A stretch of 52,938 nucleotides of DNA, taken from Macrostomum lignano (Eukaryota). Numbering within the stretch: position 1 is the first letter of the stretch; every line of letters begins with the position of its first letter. Shown here piece after piece: positions 1 through 13,883 of the stretch. The stretch covers positions 1 to 52,938 of the forward strand of contig NIVC01004256.1 in NCBI GenBank assembly GCA_002269645.1, in the 5' to 3' direction. The notes beneath the pieces are model-generated. The model was not told the DNA's origin. It worked only from the letters and a program-made list of their open reading frames with translations, and did no database searches. The position numbers and the translations under genes are program-made.

Positions 1-3000
1 ATCTCTAACTAGCCCGCGCTGTCAATTATATAGAATTAAATGCGAGAGCTTTAGAAATGACACTCAATGGGGCTGATATACACAGGCTGCAAAGATGACG
101 CAGAGCCCGCTACTCTCAGCATCTCTAACTAGCCTGTCGCTGTCAATATATAGAATTAAATGGAGAGCTTAGAAATGACACTCAATGGGCTGATATACAC
201 AGGTGCAAAGATGACGCAGAGCCCGCTACTCTCAGCATCTCTAACTAGCCCTGTCGCTGTCAATATATAGAATTAAATGGAGAGCTTAGAAATGACACTC
301 AATGGGGCTGATATACACAGGTGCAAAGATGACGCAGAGCCCGCTACTCTCAGCATCTCTAACTAGCCCTGTCGCTGTCAATATATAGAATTAAATGGAG
401 AGCTTAGAAATGACACTCAATGGGGCTGATATACACAGGTGCAAAGATGACGCAGAGCCCGCTACTCTCAGCATCTCTAACTAGCCCTGTCGCTGTCAAT
501 ATATAGAATTAAATGGAGAGCTTAGAAATGACACTCAATGGGGCTGATATACACAGGTGCAAAGATGACGCAGAGCCCGCTACTCTCAGCATCTCTAACT
601 AGCCCTGTCGCTGTCAATATATAGAATTAAATGGAGAGCTTAGAAATGACACTCAATGGGGCTGATATACACAGGTGCAAAGATGACGCAGAGCCCGCTA
701 CTCTCAGCATCTCTAACTAGCCCTGTCGCTGTCAATATATAGAATTAAATGGAGAGCTTAGAAATGACACTCAATGGGGCTGATATACACAGGTGCAAAG
801 ATGACGCAGAGCCCGCTACTCTCAGCATCTCTAACTAGCCCTGTCGCTGTCAATATATAGAATTAAATGGAGAGCTTAGAAATGACACTCAATGGGGCTG
901 ATATACACAGGTGCAAAGATGACGCAGAGCCCGCTACTCTCAGCATCTCTAACTAGCCCTGTCGCTGTCAATATATAGAATTAAATGGAGAGCTTAGAAA
1001 TGACACTCAATGGGGCTGATATACACAGGTGCAAAGATGACGCAGAGCCCGCTACTCTCAGCATCTCTAACTAGCCCTGTCGCTGTCAATATATAGAATT
1101 AAATGGAGAGCTTAGAAATGACACTCAATGGGGCTGATATACACAGGTGCAAAGATGACGCAGAGCCCGCTACTCTCAGCATCTCTAACTAGCCCTGTCG
1201 CTGTCAATATATAGAATTAAATGGAGAGCTTAGAAATGACACTCAATGGGGCTGATATACACAGGTGCAAAGATGACGCAGAGCCCGCTACTCTCAGCAT
1301 CTCTAACTAGCCCTGTCGCTGTCAATATATAGAATTAAATGGAGAGCTTAGAAATGACACTCAATGGGGCTGATATACACAGGTGCAAAGATGACGCAGA
1401 GCCCGCTACTCTCAGCATCTCTAACTAGCCCTGTCGCTGTCAATATATAGAATTAAATGGAGAGCTTAGAAATGACACTCAATGGGGCTGATATACACAG
1501 GTGCAAAGATGACGCAGAGCCCGCTACTCTCAGCATCTCTAACTAGCCCTGTCGCTGTCAATATATAGAATTAAATGGAGAGCTTAGAAATGACACTCAA
1601 TGGGGCTGATATACACAGGTGCAAAGATGACGCAGAGCCCGCTACTCTCAGCATCTCTAACTAGCCCTGTCGCTGTCAATATATAGAATTAAATGGAGAG
1701 CTTAGAAATGACACTCAATGGGGCTGATATACACAGGTGCAAAGATGACGCAGAGCCCGCTACTCTCAGCATCTCTAACTAGCCCTGTCGCTGTCAATAT
1801 ATAGAATTAAATGGAGAGCTTAGAAATGACACTCAATGGGGCTGATATACACAGGTGCAAAGATGACGCAGAGCCCGCTACTCTCAGCATCTCTAACTAG
1901 CCCTGTCGCTGTCAATATATAGAATTAAATGGAGAGCTTAGAAATGACACTCAATGGGGCTGATATACACAGGTGCAAAGATGACGCAGAGCCCGCTACT
2001 CTCAGCATCTCTAACTAGCCCTGTCGCTGTCAATATATAGAATTAAATGGAGAGCTTAGAAATGACACTCAATGGGGCTGATATACACAGGTGCAAAGAT
2101 GACGCAGAGCCCGCTACTCTCAGCATCTCTAACTAGCCCTGTCGCTGTCAATATATAGAATTAAATGGAGAGCTTAGAAATGACACTCAATGGGGCTGAT
2201 ATACACAGGTGCAAAGATGACGCAGAGCCCGCTACTCTCAGCATCTCTAACTAGCCCTGTCGCTGTCAATATATAGAATTAAATGGAGAGCTTAGAAATG
2301 ACACTCAATGGGGCTGATATACACAGGTGCAAAGATGACGCAGAGCCCGCTACTCTCAGCATCTCTAACTAGCCCTGTCGCTGTCAATATATAGAATTAA
2401 ATGGAGAGCTTAGAAATGACACTCAATGGGGCTGATATACACAGGTGCAAAGATGACGCAGAGCCCGCTACTCTCAGCATCTCTAACTAGCCCTGTCGCT
2501 GTCAATATATAGAATTAAATGGAGAGCTTAGAAATGACACTCAATGGGGCTGATATACACAGGTGCAAAGATGACGCAGAGCCCGCTACTCTCAGCATCT
2601 CTAACTAGCCCTGTCGCTGTCAATATATAGAATTAAATGGAGAGCTTAGAAATGACACTCAATGGGGCTGATATACACAGGTGCAAAGATGACGCAGAGC
2701 CCGCTACTCTCAGCATCTCTAACTAGCCCTGTCGCTGTCAATATATAGAATTAAATGGAGAGCTTAGAAATGACACTCAATGGGGCTGATATACACAGGT
2801 GCAAAGATGACGCAGAGCCCGCTACTCTCAGCATCTCTAACTAGCCCTGTCGCTGTCAATATATAGAATTAAATGGAGAGCTTAGAAATGACACTCAATG
2901 GGGCTGATATACACAGGTGCAAAGATGACGCAGAGCCCGCTACTCTCAGCATCTCTAACTAGCCCTGTCGCTGTCAATATATAGAATTAAATGGAGAGCT

Positions 3001-6000
3001 TAGAAATGACACTCAATGGGGCTGATATACACAGGTGCAAAGATGACGCAGAGCCCGCTACTCTCAGCATCTCTAACTAGCCCTGTCGCTGTCAATATAT
3101 AGAATTAAATGGAGAGCTTAGAAATGACACTCAATGGGGCTGATATACACAGGTGCAAAGATGACGCAGAGCCCGCTACTCTCAGCATCTCTAACTAGCC
3201 CTGTCGCTGTCAATATATAGAATTAAATGGAGAGCTTAGAAATGACACTCAATGGGGCTGATATACACAGGTGCAAAGATGACGCAGAGCCCGCTACTCT
3301 CAGCATCTCTAACTAGCCCTGTCGCTGTCAATATATAGAATTAAATGGAGAGCTTAGAAATGACACTCAATGGGGCTGATATACACAGGTGCAAAGATGA
3401 CGCAGAGCCCGCTACTCTCAGCATCTCTAACTAGCCCTGTCGCTGTCAATATATAGAATTAAATGGAGAGCTTAGAAATGACACTCAATGGGGCTGATAT
3501 ACACAGGTGCAAAGATGACGCAGAGCCCGCTACTCTCAGCATCTCTAACTAGCCCTGTCGCTGTCAATATATAGAATTAAATGGAGAGCTTAGAAATGAC
3601 ACTCAATGGGGCTGATATACACAGGTGCAAAGATGACGCAGAGCCCGCTACTCTCAGCATCTCTAACTAGCCCTGTCGCTGTCAATATATAGAATTAAAT
3701 GGAGAGCTTAGAAATGACACTCAATGGGGCTGATATACACAGGTGCAAAGATGACGCAGAGCCCGCTACTCTCAGCATCTCTAACTAGCCCTGTCGCTGT
3801 CAATATATAGAATTAAATGGAGAGCTTAGAAATGACACTCAATGGGGCTGATATACACAGGTGCAAAGATGACGCAGAGCCCGCTACTCTCAGCATCTCT
3901 AACTAGCCCTGTCGCTGTCAATATATAGAATTAAATGGAGAGCTTAGAAATGACACTCAATGGGGCTGATATACACAGGTGCAAAGATGACGCAGAGCCC
4001 GCTACTCTCAGCATCTCTAACTAGCCCTGTCGCTGTCAATATATAGAATTAAATGGAGAGCTTAGAAATGACACTCAATGGGGCTGATATACACAGGTGC
4101 AAAGATGACGCAGAGCCCGCTACTCTCAGCATCTCTAACTAGCCCTGTCGCTGTCAATATATAGAATTAAATGGAGAGCTTAGAAATGACACTCAATGGG
4201 GCTGATATACACAGGTGCAAAGATGACGCAGAGCCCGCTACTCTCAGCATCTCTAACTAGCCCTGTCGCTGTCAATATATAGAATTAAATGGAGAGCTTA
4301 GAAATGACACTCAATGGGGCTGATATACACAGGTGCAAAGATGACGCAGAGCCCGCTACTCTCAGCATCTCTAACTAGCCCTGTCGCTGTCAATATATAG
4401 AATTAAATGGAGAGCTTAGAAATGACACTCAATGGGGCTGATATACACAGGTGCAAAGATGACGCAGAGCCCGCTACTCTCAGCATCTCTAACTAGCCCT
4501 GTCGCTGTCAATATATAGAATTAAATGGAGAGCTTAGAAATGACACTCAATGGGGCTGATATACACAGGTGCAAAGATGACGCAGAGCCCGCTACTCTCA
4601 GCATCTCTAACTAGCCCTGTCGCTGTCAATATATAGAATTAAATGGAGAGCTTAGAAATGACACTCAATGGGGCTGATATACACAGGTGCAAAGATGACG
4701 CAGAGCCCGCTACTCTCAGCATCTCTAACTAGCCCTGTCGCTGTCAATATATAGAATTAAATGGAGAGCTTAGAAATGACACTCAATGGGGCTGATATAC
4801 ACAGGTGCAAAGATGACGCAGAGCCCGCTACTCTCAGCATCTCTAACTAGCCCTGTCGCTGTCAATATATAGAATTAAATGGAGAGCTTAGAAATGACAC
4901 TCAATGGGGCTGATATACACAGGTGCAAAGATGACGCAGAGCCCGCTACTCTCAGCATCTCTAACTAGCCCTGTCGCTGTCAATATATAGAATTAAATGG
5001 AGAGCTTAGAAATGACACTCAATGGGGCTGATATACACAGGTGCAAAGATGACGCAGAGCCCGCTACTCTCAGCATCTCTAACTAGCCCTGTCGCTGTCA
5101 ATATATAGAATTAAATGGAGAGCTTAGAAATGACACTCAATGGGGCTGATATACACAGGTGCAAAGATGACGCAGAGCCCGCTACTCTCAGCATCTCTAA
5201 CTAGCCCTGTCGCTGTCAATATATAGAATTAAATGGAGAGCTTAGAAATGACACTCAATGGGGCTGATATACACAGGTGCAAAGATGACGCAGAGCCCGC
5301 TACTCTCAGCATCTCTAACTAGCCCTGTCGCTGTCAATATATAGAATTAAATGGAGAGCTTAGAAATGACACTCAATGGGGCTGATATACACAGGTGCAA
5401 AGATGACGCAGAGCCCGCTACTCTCAGCATCTCTAACTAGCCCTGTCGCTGTCAATATATAGAATTAAATGGAGAGCTTAGAAATGACACTCAATGGGGC
5501 TGATATACACAGGTGCAAAGATGACGCAGAGCCCGCTACTCTCAGCATCTCTAACTAGCCCTGTCGCTGTCAATATATAGAATTAAATGGAGAGCTTAGA
5601 AATGACACTCAATGGGGCTGATATACACAGGTGCAAAGATGACGCAGAGCCCGCTACTCTCAGCATCTCTAACTAGCCCTGTCGCTGTCAATATATAGAA
5701 TTAAATGGAGAGCTTAGAAATGACACTCAATGGGGCTGATATACACAGGTGCAAAGATGACGCAGAGCCCGCTACTCTCAGCATCTCTAACTAGCCCTGT
5801 CGCTGTCAATATATAGAATTAAATGGAGAGCTTAGAAATGACACTCAATGGGGCTGATATACACAGGTGCAAAGATGACGCAGAGCCCGCTACTCTCAGC
5901 ATCTCTAACTAGCCCTGTCGCTGTCAATATATAGAATTAAATGGAGAGCTTAGAAATGACACTCAATGGGGCTGATATACACAGGTGCAAAGATGACGCA

Positions 6001-9000
6001 GAGCCCGCTACTCTCAGCATCTCTAACTAGGTCGCTGTCAATATATAGAATTAAATGGAGAGCTTAGAAATGACACTCAATGGGGCTGATATACACAGGT
6101 GCAAAGATGACGCAGAGCCCGCTACTCTCAGCATCTCTAACTAGCCCTGTCGCTGTCAATATATAGAATTAAATGGAGAGCTTAGAAATGACACTCAATG
6201 GGGCTGATATACACAGGTGCAAAGATGACGCAGAGCCCGCTACTCTCAGCATCTCTAACTAGCCCTGTCGCTGTCAATATATAGAATTAAATGGAGAGCT
6301 TAGAAATGACACTCAATGGGGCTGATATACACAGGTGCAAAGATGACGCAGAGCCCGCTACTCTCAGCATCTCTAACTAGCCCTGTCGCTGTCAATATAT
6401 AGAATTAAATGGAGAGCTTAGAAATGACACTCAATGGGGCTGATATACACAGGTGCAAAGATGACGCAGAGCCCGCTACTCTCAGCATCTCTAACTAGCC
6501 CTGTCGCTGTCAATATATAGAATTAAATGGAGAGCTTAGAAATGACACTCAATGGGGCTGATATACACAGGTGCAAAGATGACGCAGAGCCCGCTACTCT
6601 CAGCATCTCTAACTAGCCCTGTCGCTGTCAATATATAGAATTAAATGGAGAGCTTAGAAATGACACTCAATGGGGCTGATATACACAGGTGCAAAGATGA
6701 CGCAGAGCCCGCTACTCTCAGCATCTCTAACTAGCCCTGTCGCTGTCAATATATAGAATTAAATGGAGAGCTTAGAAATGACACTCAATGGGGCTGATAT
6801 ACACAGGTGCAAAGATGACGCAGAGCCCGCTACTCTCAGCATCTCTAACTAGCCCTGTCGCTGTCAATATATAGAATTAAATGGAGAGCTTAGAAATGAC
6901 ACTCAATGGGGCTGATATACACAGGTGCAAAGATGACGCAGAGCCCGCTACTCTCAGCATCTCTAACTAGCCCTGTCGCTGTCAATATATAGAATTAAAT
7001 GGAGAGCTTAGAAATGACACTCAATGGGGCTGATATACACAGGTGCAAAGATGACGCAGAGCCCGCTACTCTCAGCATCTCTAACTAGCCCTGTCGCTGT
7101 CAATATATAGAATTAAATGGAGAGCTTAGAAATGACACTCAATGGGGCTGATATACACAGGTGCAAAGATGACGCAGAGCCCGCTACTCTCAGCATCTCT
7201 AACTAGCCCTGTCGCTGTCAATATATAGAATTAAATGGAGAGCTTAGAAATGACACTCAATGGGGCTGATATACACAGGTGCAAAGATGACGCAGAGCCC
7301 GCTACTCTCAGCATCTCTAACTAGCCCTGTCGCTGTCAATATATAGAATTAAATGGAGAGCTTAGAAATGACACTCAATGGGGCTGATATACACAGGTGC
7401 AAAGATGACGCAGAGCCCGCTACTCTCAGCATCTCTAACTAGCCCTGTCGCTGTCAATATATAGAATTAAATGGAGAGCTTAGAAATGACACTCAATGGG
7501 GCTGATATACACAGGTGCAAAGATGACGCAGAGCCCGCTACTCTCAGCATCTCTAACTAGCCCTGTCGCTGTCAATATATAGAATTAAATGGAGAGCTTA
7601 GAAATGACACTCAATGGGGCTGATATACACAGGTGCAAAGATGACGCAGAGCCCGCTACTCTCAGCATCTCTAACTAGCCCTGTCGCTGTCAATATATAG
7701 AATTAAATGGAGAGCTTAGAAATGACACTCAATGGGGCTGATATACACAGGTGCAAAGATGACGCAGAGCCCGCTACTCTCAGCATCTCTAACTAGCCCT
7801 GTCGCTGTCAATATATAGAATTAAATGGAGAGCTTAGAAATGACACTCAATGGGGCTGATATACACAGGTGCAAAGATGACGCAGAGCCCGCTACTCTCA
7901 GCATCTCTAACTAGCCCTGTCGCTGTCAATATATAGAATTAAATGGAGAGCTTAGAAATGACACTCAATGGGGCTGATATACACAGGTGCAAAGATGACG
8001 CAGAGCCCGCTACTCTCAGCATCTCTAACTAGCCCTGTCGCTGTCAATATATAGAATTAAATGGAGAGCTTAGAAATGACACTCAATGGGGCTGATATAC
8101 ACAGGTGCAAAGATGACGCAGAGCCCGCTACTCTCAGCATCTCTAACTAGCCCTGTCGCTGTCAATATATAGAATTAAATGGAGAGCTTAGAAATGACAC
8201 TCAATGGGGCTGATATACACAGGTGCAAAGATGACGCAGAGCCCGCTACTCTCAGCATCTCTAACTAGCCCTGTCGCTGTCAATATATAGAATTAAATGG
8301 AGAGCTTAGAAATGACACTCAATGGGGCTGATATACACAGGTGCAAAGATGACGCAGAGCCCGCTACTCTCAGCATCTCTAACTAGCCCTGTCGCTGTCA
8401 ATATATAGAATTAAATGGAGAGCTTAGAAATGACACTCAATGGGGCTGATATACACAGGTGCAAAGATGACGCAGAGCCCGCTACTCTCAGCATCTCTAA
8501 CTAGCCCTGTCGCTGTCAATATATAGAATTAAATGGAGAGCTTAGAAATGACACTCAATGGGGCTGATATACACAGGTGCAAAGATGACGCAGAGCCCGC
8601 TACTCTCAGCATCTCTAACTAGCCCTGTCGCTGTCAATATATAGAATTAAATGGAGAGCTTAGAAATGACACTCAATGGGGCTGATATACACAGGTGCAA
8701 AGATGACGCAGAGCCCGCTACTCTCAGCATCTCTAACTAGCCCTGTCGCTGTCAATATATAGAATTAAATGGAGAGCTTAGAAATGACACTCAATGGGGC
8801 TGATATACACAGGTGCAAAGATGACGCAGAGCCCGCTACTCTCAGCATCTCTAACTAGCCCTGTCGCTGTCAATATATAGAATTAAATGGAGAGCTTAGA
8901 AATGACACTCAATGGGGCTGATATACACAGGTGCAAAGATGACGCAGAGCCCGCTACTCTCAGCATCTCTAACTAGCCCTGTCGCTGTCAATATATAGAA

Positions 9001-12000
9001 TTAAATGGAGAGCTTAGAAATGACACTCAATGGGGCTGATATACACAGGTGCAAAGATGACGCAGAGCCCGCTACTCTCAGCATCTCTAACTAGCCCTGT
9101 CGCTGTCAATATATAGAATTAAATGGAGAGCTTAGAAATGACACTCAATGGGGCTGATATACACAGGTGCAAAGATGACGCAGAGCCCGCTACTCTCAGC
9201 ATCTCTAACTAGCCCTGTCGCTGTCAATATATAGAATTAAATGGAGAGCTTAGAAATGACACTCAATGGGGCTGATATACACAGGTGCAAAGATGACGCA
9301 GAGCCCGCTACTCTCAGCATCTCTAACTAGCCCTGTCGCTGTCAATATATAGAATTAAATGGAGAGCTTAGAAATGACACTCAATGGGGCTGATATACAC
9401 AGGTGCAAAGATGACGCAGAGCCCGCTACTCTCAGCATCTCTAACTAGCCCTGTCGCTGTCAATATATAGAATTAAATGGAGAGCTTAGAAATGACACTC
9501 AATGGGGCTGATATACACAGGTGCAAAGATGACGCAGAGCCCGCTACTCTCAGCATCTCTAACTAGCCCTGTCGCTGTCAATATATAGAATTAAATGGAG
9601 AGCTTAGAAATGACACTCAATGGGGCTGATATACACAGGTGCAAAGATGACGCAGAGCCCGCTACTCTCAGCATCTCTAACTAGCCCTGTCGCTGTCAAT
9701 ATATAGAATTAAATGGAGAGCTTAGAAATGACACTCAATGGGGCTGATATACACAGGTGCAAAGATGACGCAGAGCCCGCTACTCTCAGCATCTCTAACT
9801 AGCCCTGTCGCTGTCAATATATAGAATTAAATGGAGAGCTTAGAAATGACACTCAATGGGGCTGATATACACAGGTGCAAAGATGACGCAGAGCCCGCTA
9901 CTCTCAGCATCTCTAACTAGCCCTGTCGCTGTCAATATATAGAATTAAATGGAGAGCTTAGAAATGACACTCAATGGGGCTGATATACACAGGTGCAAAG
10001 ATGACGCAGAGCCCGCTACTCTCAGCATCTCTAACTAGCCCTGTCGCTGTCAATATATAGAATTAAATGGAGAGCTTAGAAATGACACTCAATGGGGCTG
10101 ATATACACAGGTGCAAAGATGACGCAGAGCCCGCTACTCTCAGCATCTCTAACTAGCCCTGTCGCTGTCAATATATAGAATTAAATGGAGAGCTTAGAAA
10201 TGACACTCAATGGGGCTGATATACACAGGTGCAAAGATGACGCAGAGCCCGCTACTCTCAGCATCTCTAACTAGCCCTGTCGCTGTCAATATATAGAATT
10301 AAATGGAGAGCTTAGAAATGACACTCAATGGGGCTGATATACACAGGTGCAAAGATGACGCAGAGCCCGCTACTCTCAGCATCTCTAACTAGCCCTGTCG
10401 CTGTCAATATATAGAATTAAATGGAGAGCTTAGAAATGACACTCAATGGGGCTGATATACACAGGTGCAAAGATGACGCAGAGCCCGCTACTCTCAGCAT
10501 CTCTAACTAGCCCTGTCGCTGTCAATATATAGAATTAAATGGAGAGCTTAGAAATGACACTCAATGGGGCTGATATACACAGGTGCAAAGATGACGCAGA
10601 GCCCGCTACTCTCAGCATCTCTAACTAGCCCTGTCGCTGTCAATATATAGAATTAAATGGAGAGCTTAGAAATGACACTCAATGGGGCTGATATACACAG
10701 GTGCAAAGATGACGCAGAGCCCGCTACTCTCAGCATCTCTAACTAGCCTGTCGCTGTCAATATATAGAATTAAATGGAGAGCTTAGAAATGACACTCAAT
10801 GGGGCTGATATACACAGGTGCAAAGATGACGCAGAGCCCGCTACTCTCAGCATCTCTAACTAGCCCTGTCGCTGTCAATATATAGAATTAAATGGAGAGC
10901 TTAGAAATGACACTCAATGGGGCTGATATACACAGGTGCAAAGATGACGCAGAGCCCGCTACTCTCAGCATCTCTAACTAGCCCTGTCGCTGTCAATATA
11001 TAGAATTAAATGGAGAGCTTAGAAATGACACTCAATGGGGCTGATATACACAGGTGCAAAGATGACGCAGAGCCCGCTACTCTCAGCATCTCTAACTAGC
11101 CCTGTCGCTGTCAATATATAGAATTAAATGGAGAGCTTAGAAATGACACTCAATGGGGCTGATATACACAGGTGCAAAGATGACGCAGAGCCCGCTACTC
11201 TCAGCATCTCTAACTAGCCTGTCGCTGTCAATATATAGAATTAAATGGAGAGCTTAGAAATGACACTCAATGGGGCTGATATACACAGGTGCAAAGATGA
11301 CGCAGAGCCCGCTACTCTCAGCATCTCTAACTAGCCCTGTCGCTGTCAATATATAGAATTAAATGGAGAGCTTAGAAATGACACTCAATGGGGCTGATAT
11401 ACACAGGTGCAAAGATGACGCAGAGCCCGCTACTCTCAGCATCTCTAACTAGCCTGTCGCTGTCAATATATAGAATTAAATGGAGAGCTTAGAAATGACA
11501 CTCAATGGGGCTGATATACACAGGTGCAAAGATGACGCAGAGCCCGCTACTCTCAGCATCTCTAACTAGCCCTGTCGCTGTCAATATATAGAATTAAATG
11601 GAGAGCTTAGAAATGACACTCAATGGGGCTGATATACACAGGTGCAAAGATGACGCAGAGCCCGCTACTCTCAGCATCTCTAACTAGCCCTGTCGCTGTC
11701 AATATATAGAATTAAATGGAGAGCTTAGAAATGACACTCAATGGGGCTGATATACACAGGTGCAAAGATGACGCAGAGCCCGCTACTCTCAGCATCTCTA
11801 ACTAGCCCTGTCGCTGTCAATATATAGAATTAAATGGAGAGCTTAGAAATGACACTCAATGGGGCTGATATACACAGGTGCAAAGATGACGCAGAGCCCG
11901 CTACTCTCAGCATCTCTAACTAGCCCTGTCGCTGTCAATATATAGAATTAAATGGAGAGCTTAGAAATGACACTCAATGGGGCTGATATACACAGGTGCA

Positions 12001-12474
12001 AAGATGACGCAGAGCTCGCTACACTCAGCATCTCTAACTAGCCCTGTCGCTGTCAATATATAGAATTAAATGGAGAGCTTAGAAATGACACTCAATGGGG
12101 CTGATATACACAGGTGCAAAGATGACGCAGAGCCCGCTACTCTCAGCATCTCTAACTAGCCCTGTCGCTGTCAATATATAGAATTAAATGGAGAGCTTAG
12201 AAATGACACTCAATGGGGCTGATATACACAGGTGCAAAGATGACGCAGAGCTCGCTACACTCAGCATCTCTAACTAGCCCTGTCGCTGTCAATATATAGA
12301 ATTAAATGGAGAGCTTAGAAATGACACTCAATGGGGCTGATATACACAGGTGCAAAGATGACGCAGAGCCCGCTACTCTCAGCATCTCTAACTAGCCCTG
12401 TCGCTGTCAATATATAGAATTAAATGGAGAGCTTAGAAATGACACTCAATGGGGCTGATATACGCAGGTGCAAA
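1..12474. repeat. 118-bp tandem satellite array, ~105 copies, continues beyond the left edge of the window
   Basis: Unit ATCTCTAACTAGCCCTGTCGCTGTCAATATATAGAATTAAATGGAGAGCTTAGAAATGACACTCAATGGGGCTGATATACACAGGTGCAAAGATGACGCAGAGCCCGCTACTCTCAGC. Lines 361 and 3901 are identical (3540 = 30 x 118). No spacers and no ORF in the track. Ends abruptly at ...CAGGTGCAAA (12474). Confidence 0.98.
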
Positions 12475-12857
12475 TATTGTTATTTACATAGTTATTTGAA
12501 TAACTATAACTTCAAATAGTTTTTCGAAGGATTGTAGTTTTGTCTCTTGAAGTCTAATATGTGTCTTTGTTTTTCTCCTTAAAGTAGTGTATCTGATTTT
12601 AGCTTTATTTTTGTTGGGATAGGGAAAATCTTGTGTTGTTTTATTGGTTTAAGTTTCGTCATTTTTTTATGGCGTATATTTAGAATATATCCTTTTTAGA
12701 AACGGTAATTTTTTGCGCGTCATTTTTAGTTATTTAGAGGATATATTCGATTGTGTCATTTCTACATTCTGCGTCATCCAAACGCCCCTCCGAAGAATAA
12801 GTCCACATTTGGATTACCCAGTACAAACTTCCATTGGATACTGAAACTATTGCGTCA

Positions 12858-13883
12858 TCATCGTCTTAGTCGAATACTGGACGCAACCCGTCCAACTGGT
12901 CGGCCGCCTGACGCTTCCGGACGTAAAGCCTCGGCGCCCGGCCAGCAGCAATGACAAACTTCGGCCAGAACAATGCGAAACTTCTCACTCTGCCGAGTGT
13001 AGAGCGGAAACTGCATGCAGCTGGCCAACACCTCGAGCGTCAGCGCCAGCGATCGCAGACCTCTGGACACCGACGAGCCATCGTCGACGCAACGTCGAGC
13101 GGCAGCGCTGAGAAAGATGGCGGGAGTGAGCAGCACCAGGTGTAGGCTGGACATGTACAACAGCATGCAGGTCGTGCGTCGGTGTCGACGAACAACCGGC
13201 GGACAAGCGGCAGGCTGCAGGAGGGCGCGCTGGATGCCCAGCAAGCCAGCCAGTAGGCGTTCTCGCTGACGAAACGAATGCCGCAACACTCGAATGGTGC
13301 ACGCGTTCAGCACTAGAATGGCCGCTAGCGGTAGGCCTCGCATCGCCGCGTCGGCCGCGCCAAAGACCAGGCTCACCGACTCTGACCCCTGAACTGTGCA
13401 GTTCTGATAGCCTCCCATCAGGGTGTACACCGTGCTCAGCTCAGCCGAGTAGACCGCCGCAGGCAGAACCGACGAAGCGACCAAAGCTGCAAAGATGATT
13501 CGCCTTCTCGAGCTGACCGCCCCAGCCGGTAGTTGCCGGGGCCGTCTAACCGCGCACAATCTCTCGGCGCTGATCACCGACACCGAGAGCAGCGACGCTC
13601 GGGCCAGCGAGGGCATTGCCAGTCGACGAGTTGCGACGGCAAGCAAGTTGTTGGACTCATCCGGCCACGACTGCGTGGCCACTATACAGTGAATCAGAGC
13701 CAGCGTCAGGAACAGCAGATCAATGATTGCCAGCGCCAGAATGCACCGGTTGATGAGGTGCGGCAGCATCATTCGATGGACGGTGATTCGAGCGATCACC
13801 GCCGAGCTGACGATACCGACGAGACTGCAAGCCGGGATCAGCACGAACTGGCAGGCGAAATCCAGCTGCTCCAGGCCTCCCAT
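12858..13883 (-). CDS. Class A (rhodopsin-like) GPCR, orphan neuropeptide-receptor-like, 341 aa, no intron within the ORF
   Basis: Seven hydrophobic segments; TM2 LALAIIDLLFL (LAxxD), TM3 ISAERLCAVRRP (E/DRY-like), TM6 LHLVLLTP, TM7 SCMQFPLY followed by SEKFR helix 8. GCCATGG start context; tandem TGA stops. An upstream exon could extend the N-terminus via an AG at 13901-13900. Confidence 0.9.
   Translation of the reverse strand: MGGLEQLDFACQFVLIPACSLVGIVSSAVIARITVHRMMLPHLINRCILALAIIDLLFLTLALIHCIVATQSWPDESNNLLAVATRRLAMPSLARASLLSVSVISAERLCAVRRPRQLPAGAVSSRRRIIFAALVASSVLPAAVYSAELSTVYTLMGGYQNCTVQGSESVSLVFGAADAAMRGLPLAAILVLNACTIRVLRHSFRQRERLLAGLLGIQRALLQPAACPPVVRRHRRTTCMLLYMSSLHLVLLTPAIFLSAAARRCVDDGSSVSRGLRSLALTLEVLASCMQFPLYTRQSEKFRIVLAEVCHCCWPGAEALRPEASGGRPVGRVASSIRLRR

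Noticed and set aside
1-12474. 118-bp unit as a 5S rRNA array, CRISPR array or hammerhead-ribozyme satellite
   Set aside because: No resemblance to the 5S sequence or its internal promoter boxes; no unique spacers between units; no CUGANGA plus GAAA core on either strand (CTGATAT and CTGAGAG do not fit).
12490-12520. TAACTATAAC (start of the I-CeuI site) inside a short inverted repeat at the satellite junction
   Set aside because: Only 10 bp in AT-rich DNA and the rest of the site is absent; consistent with chance.
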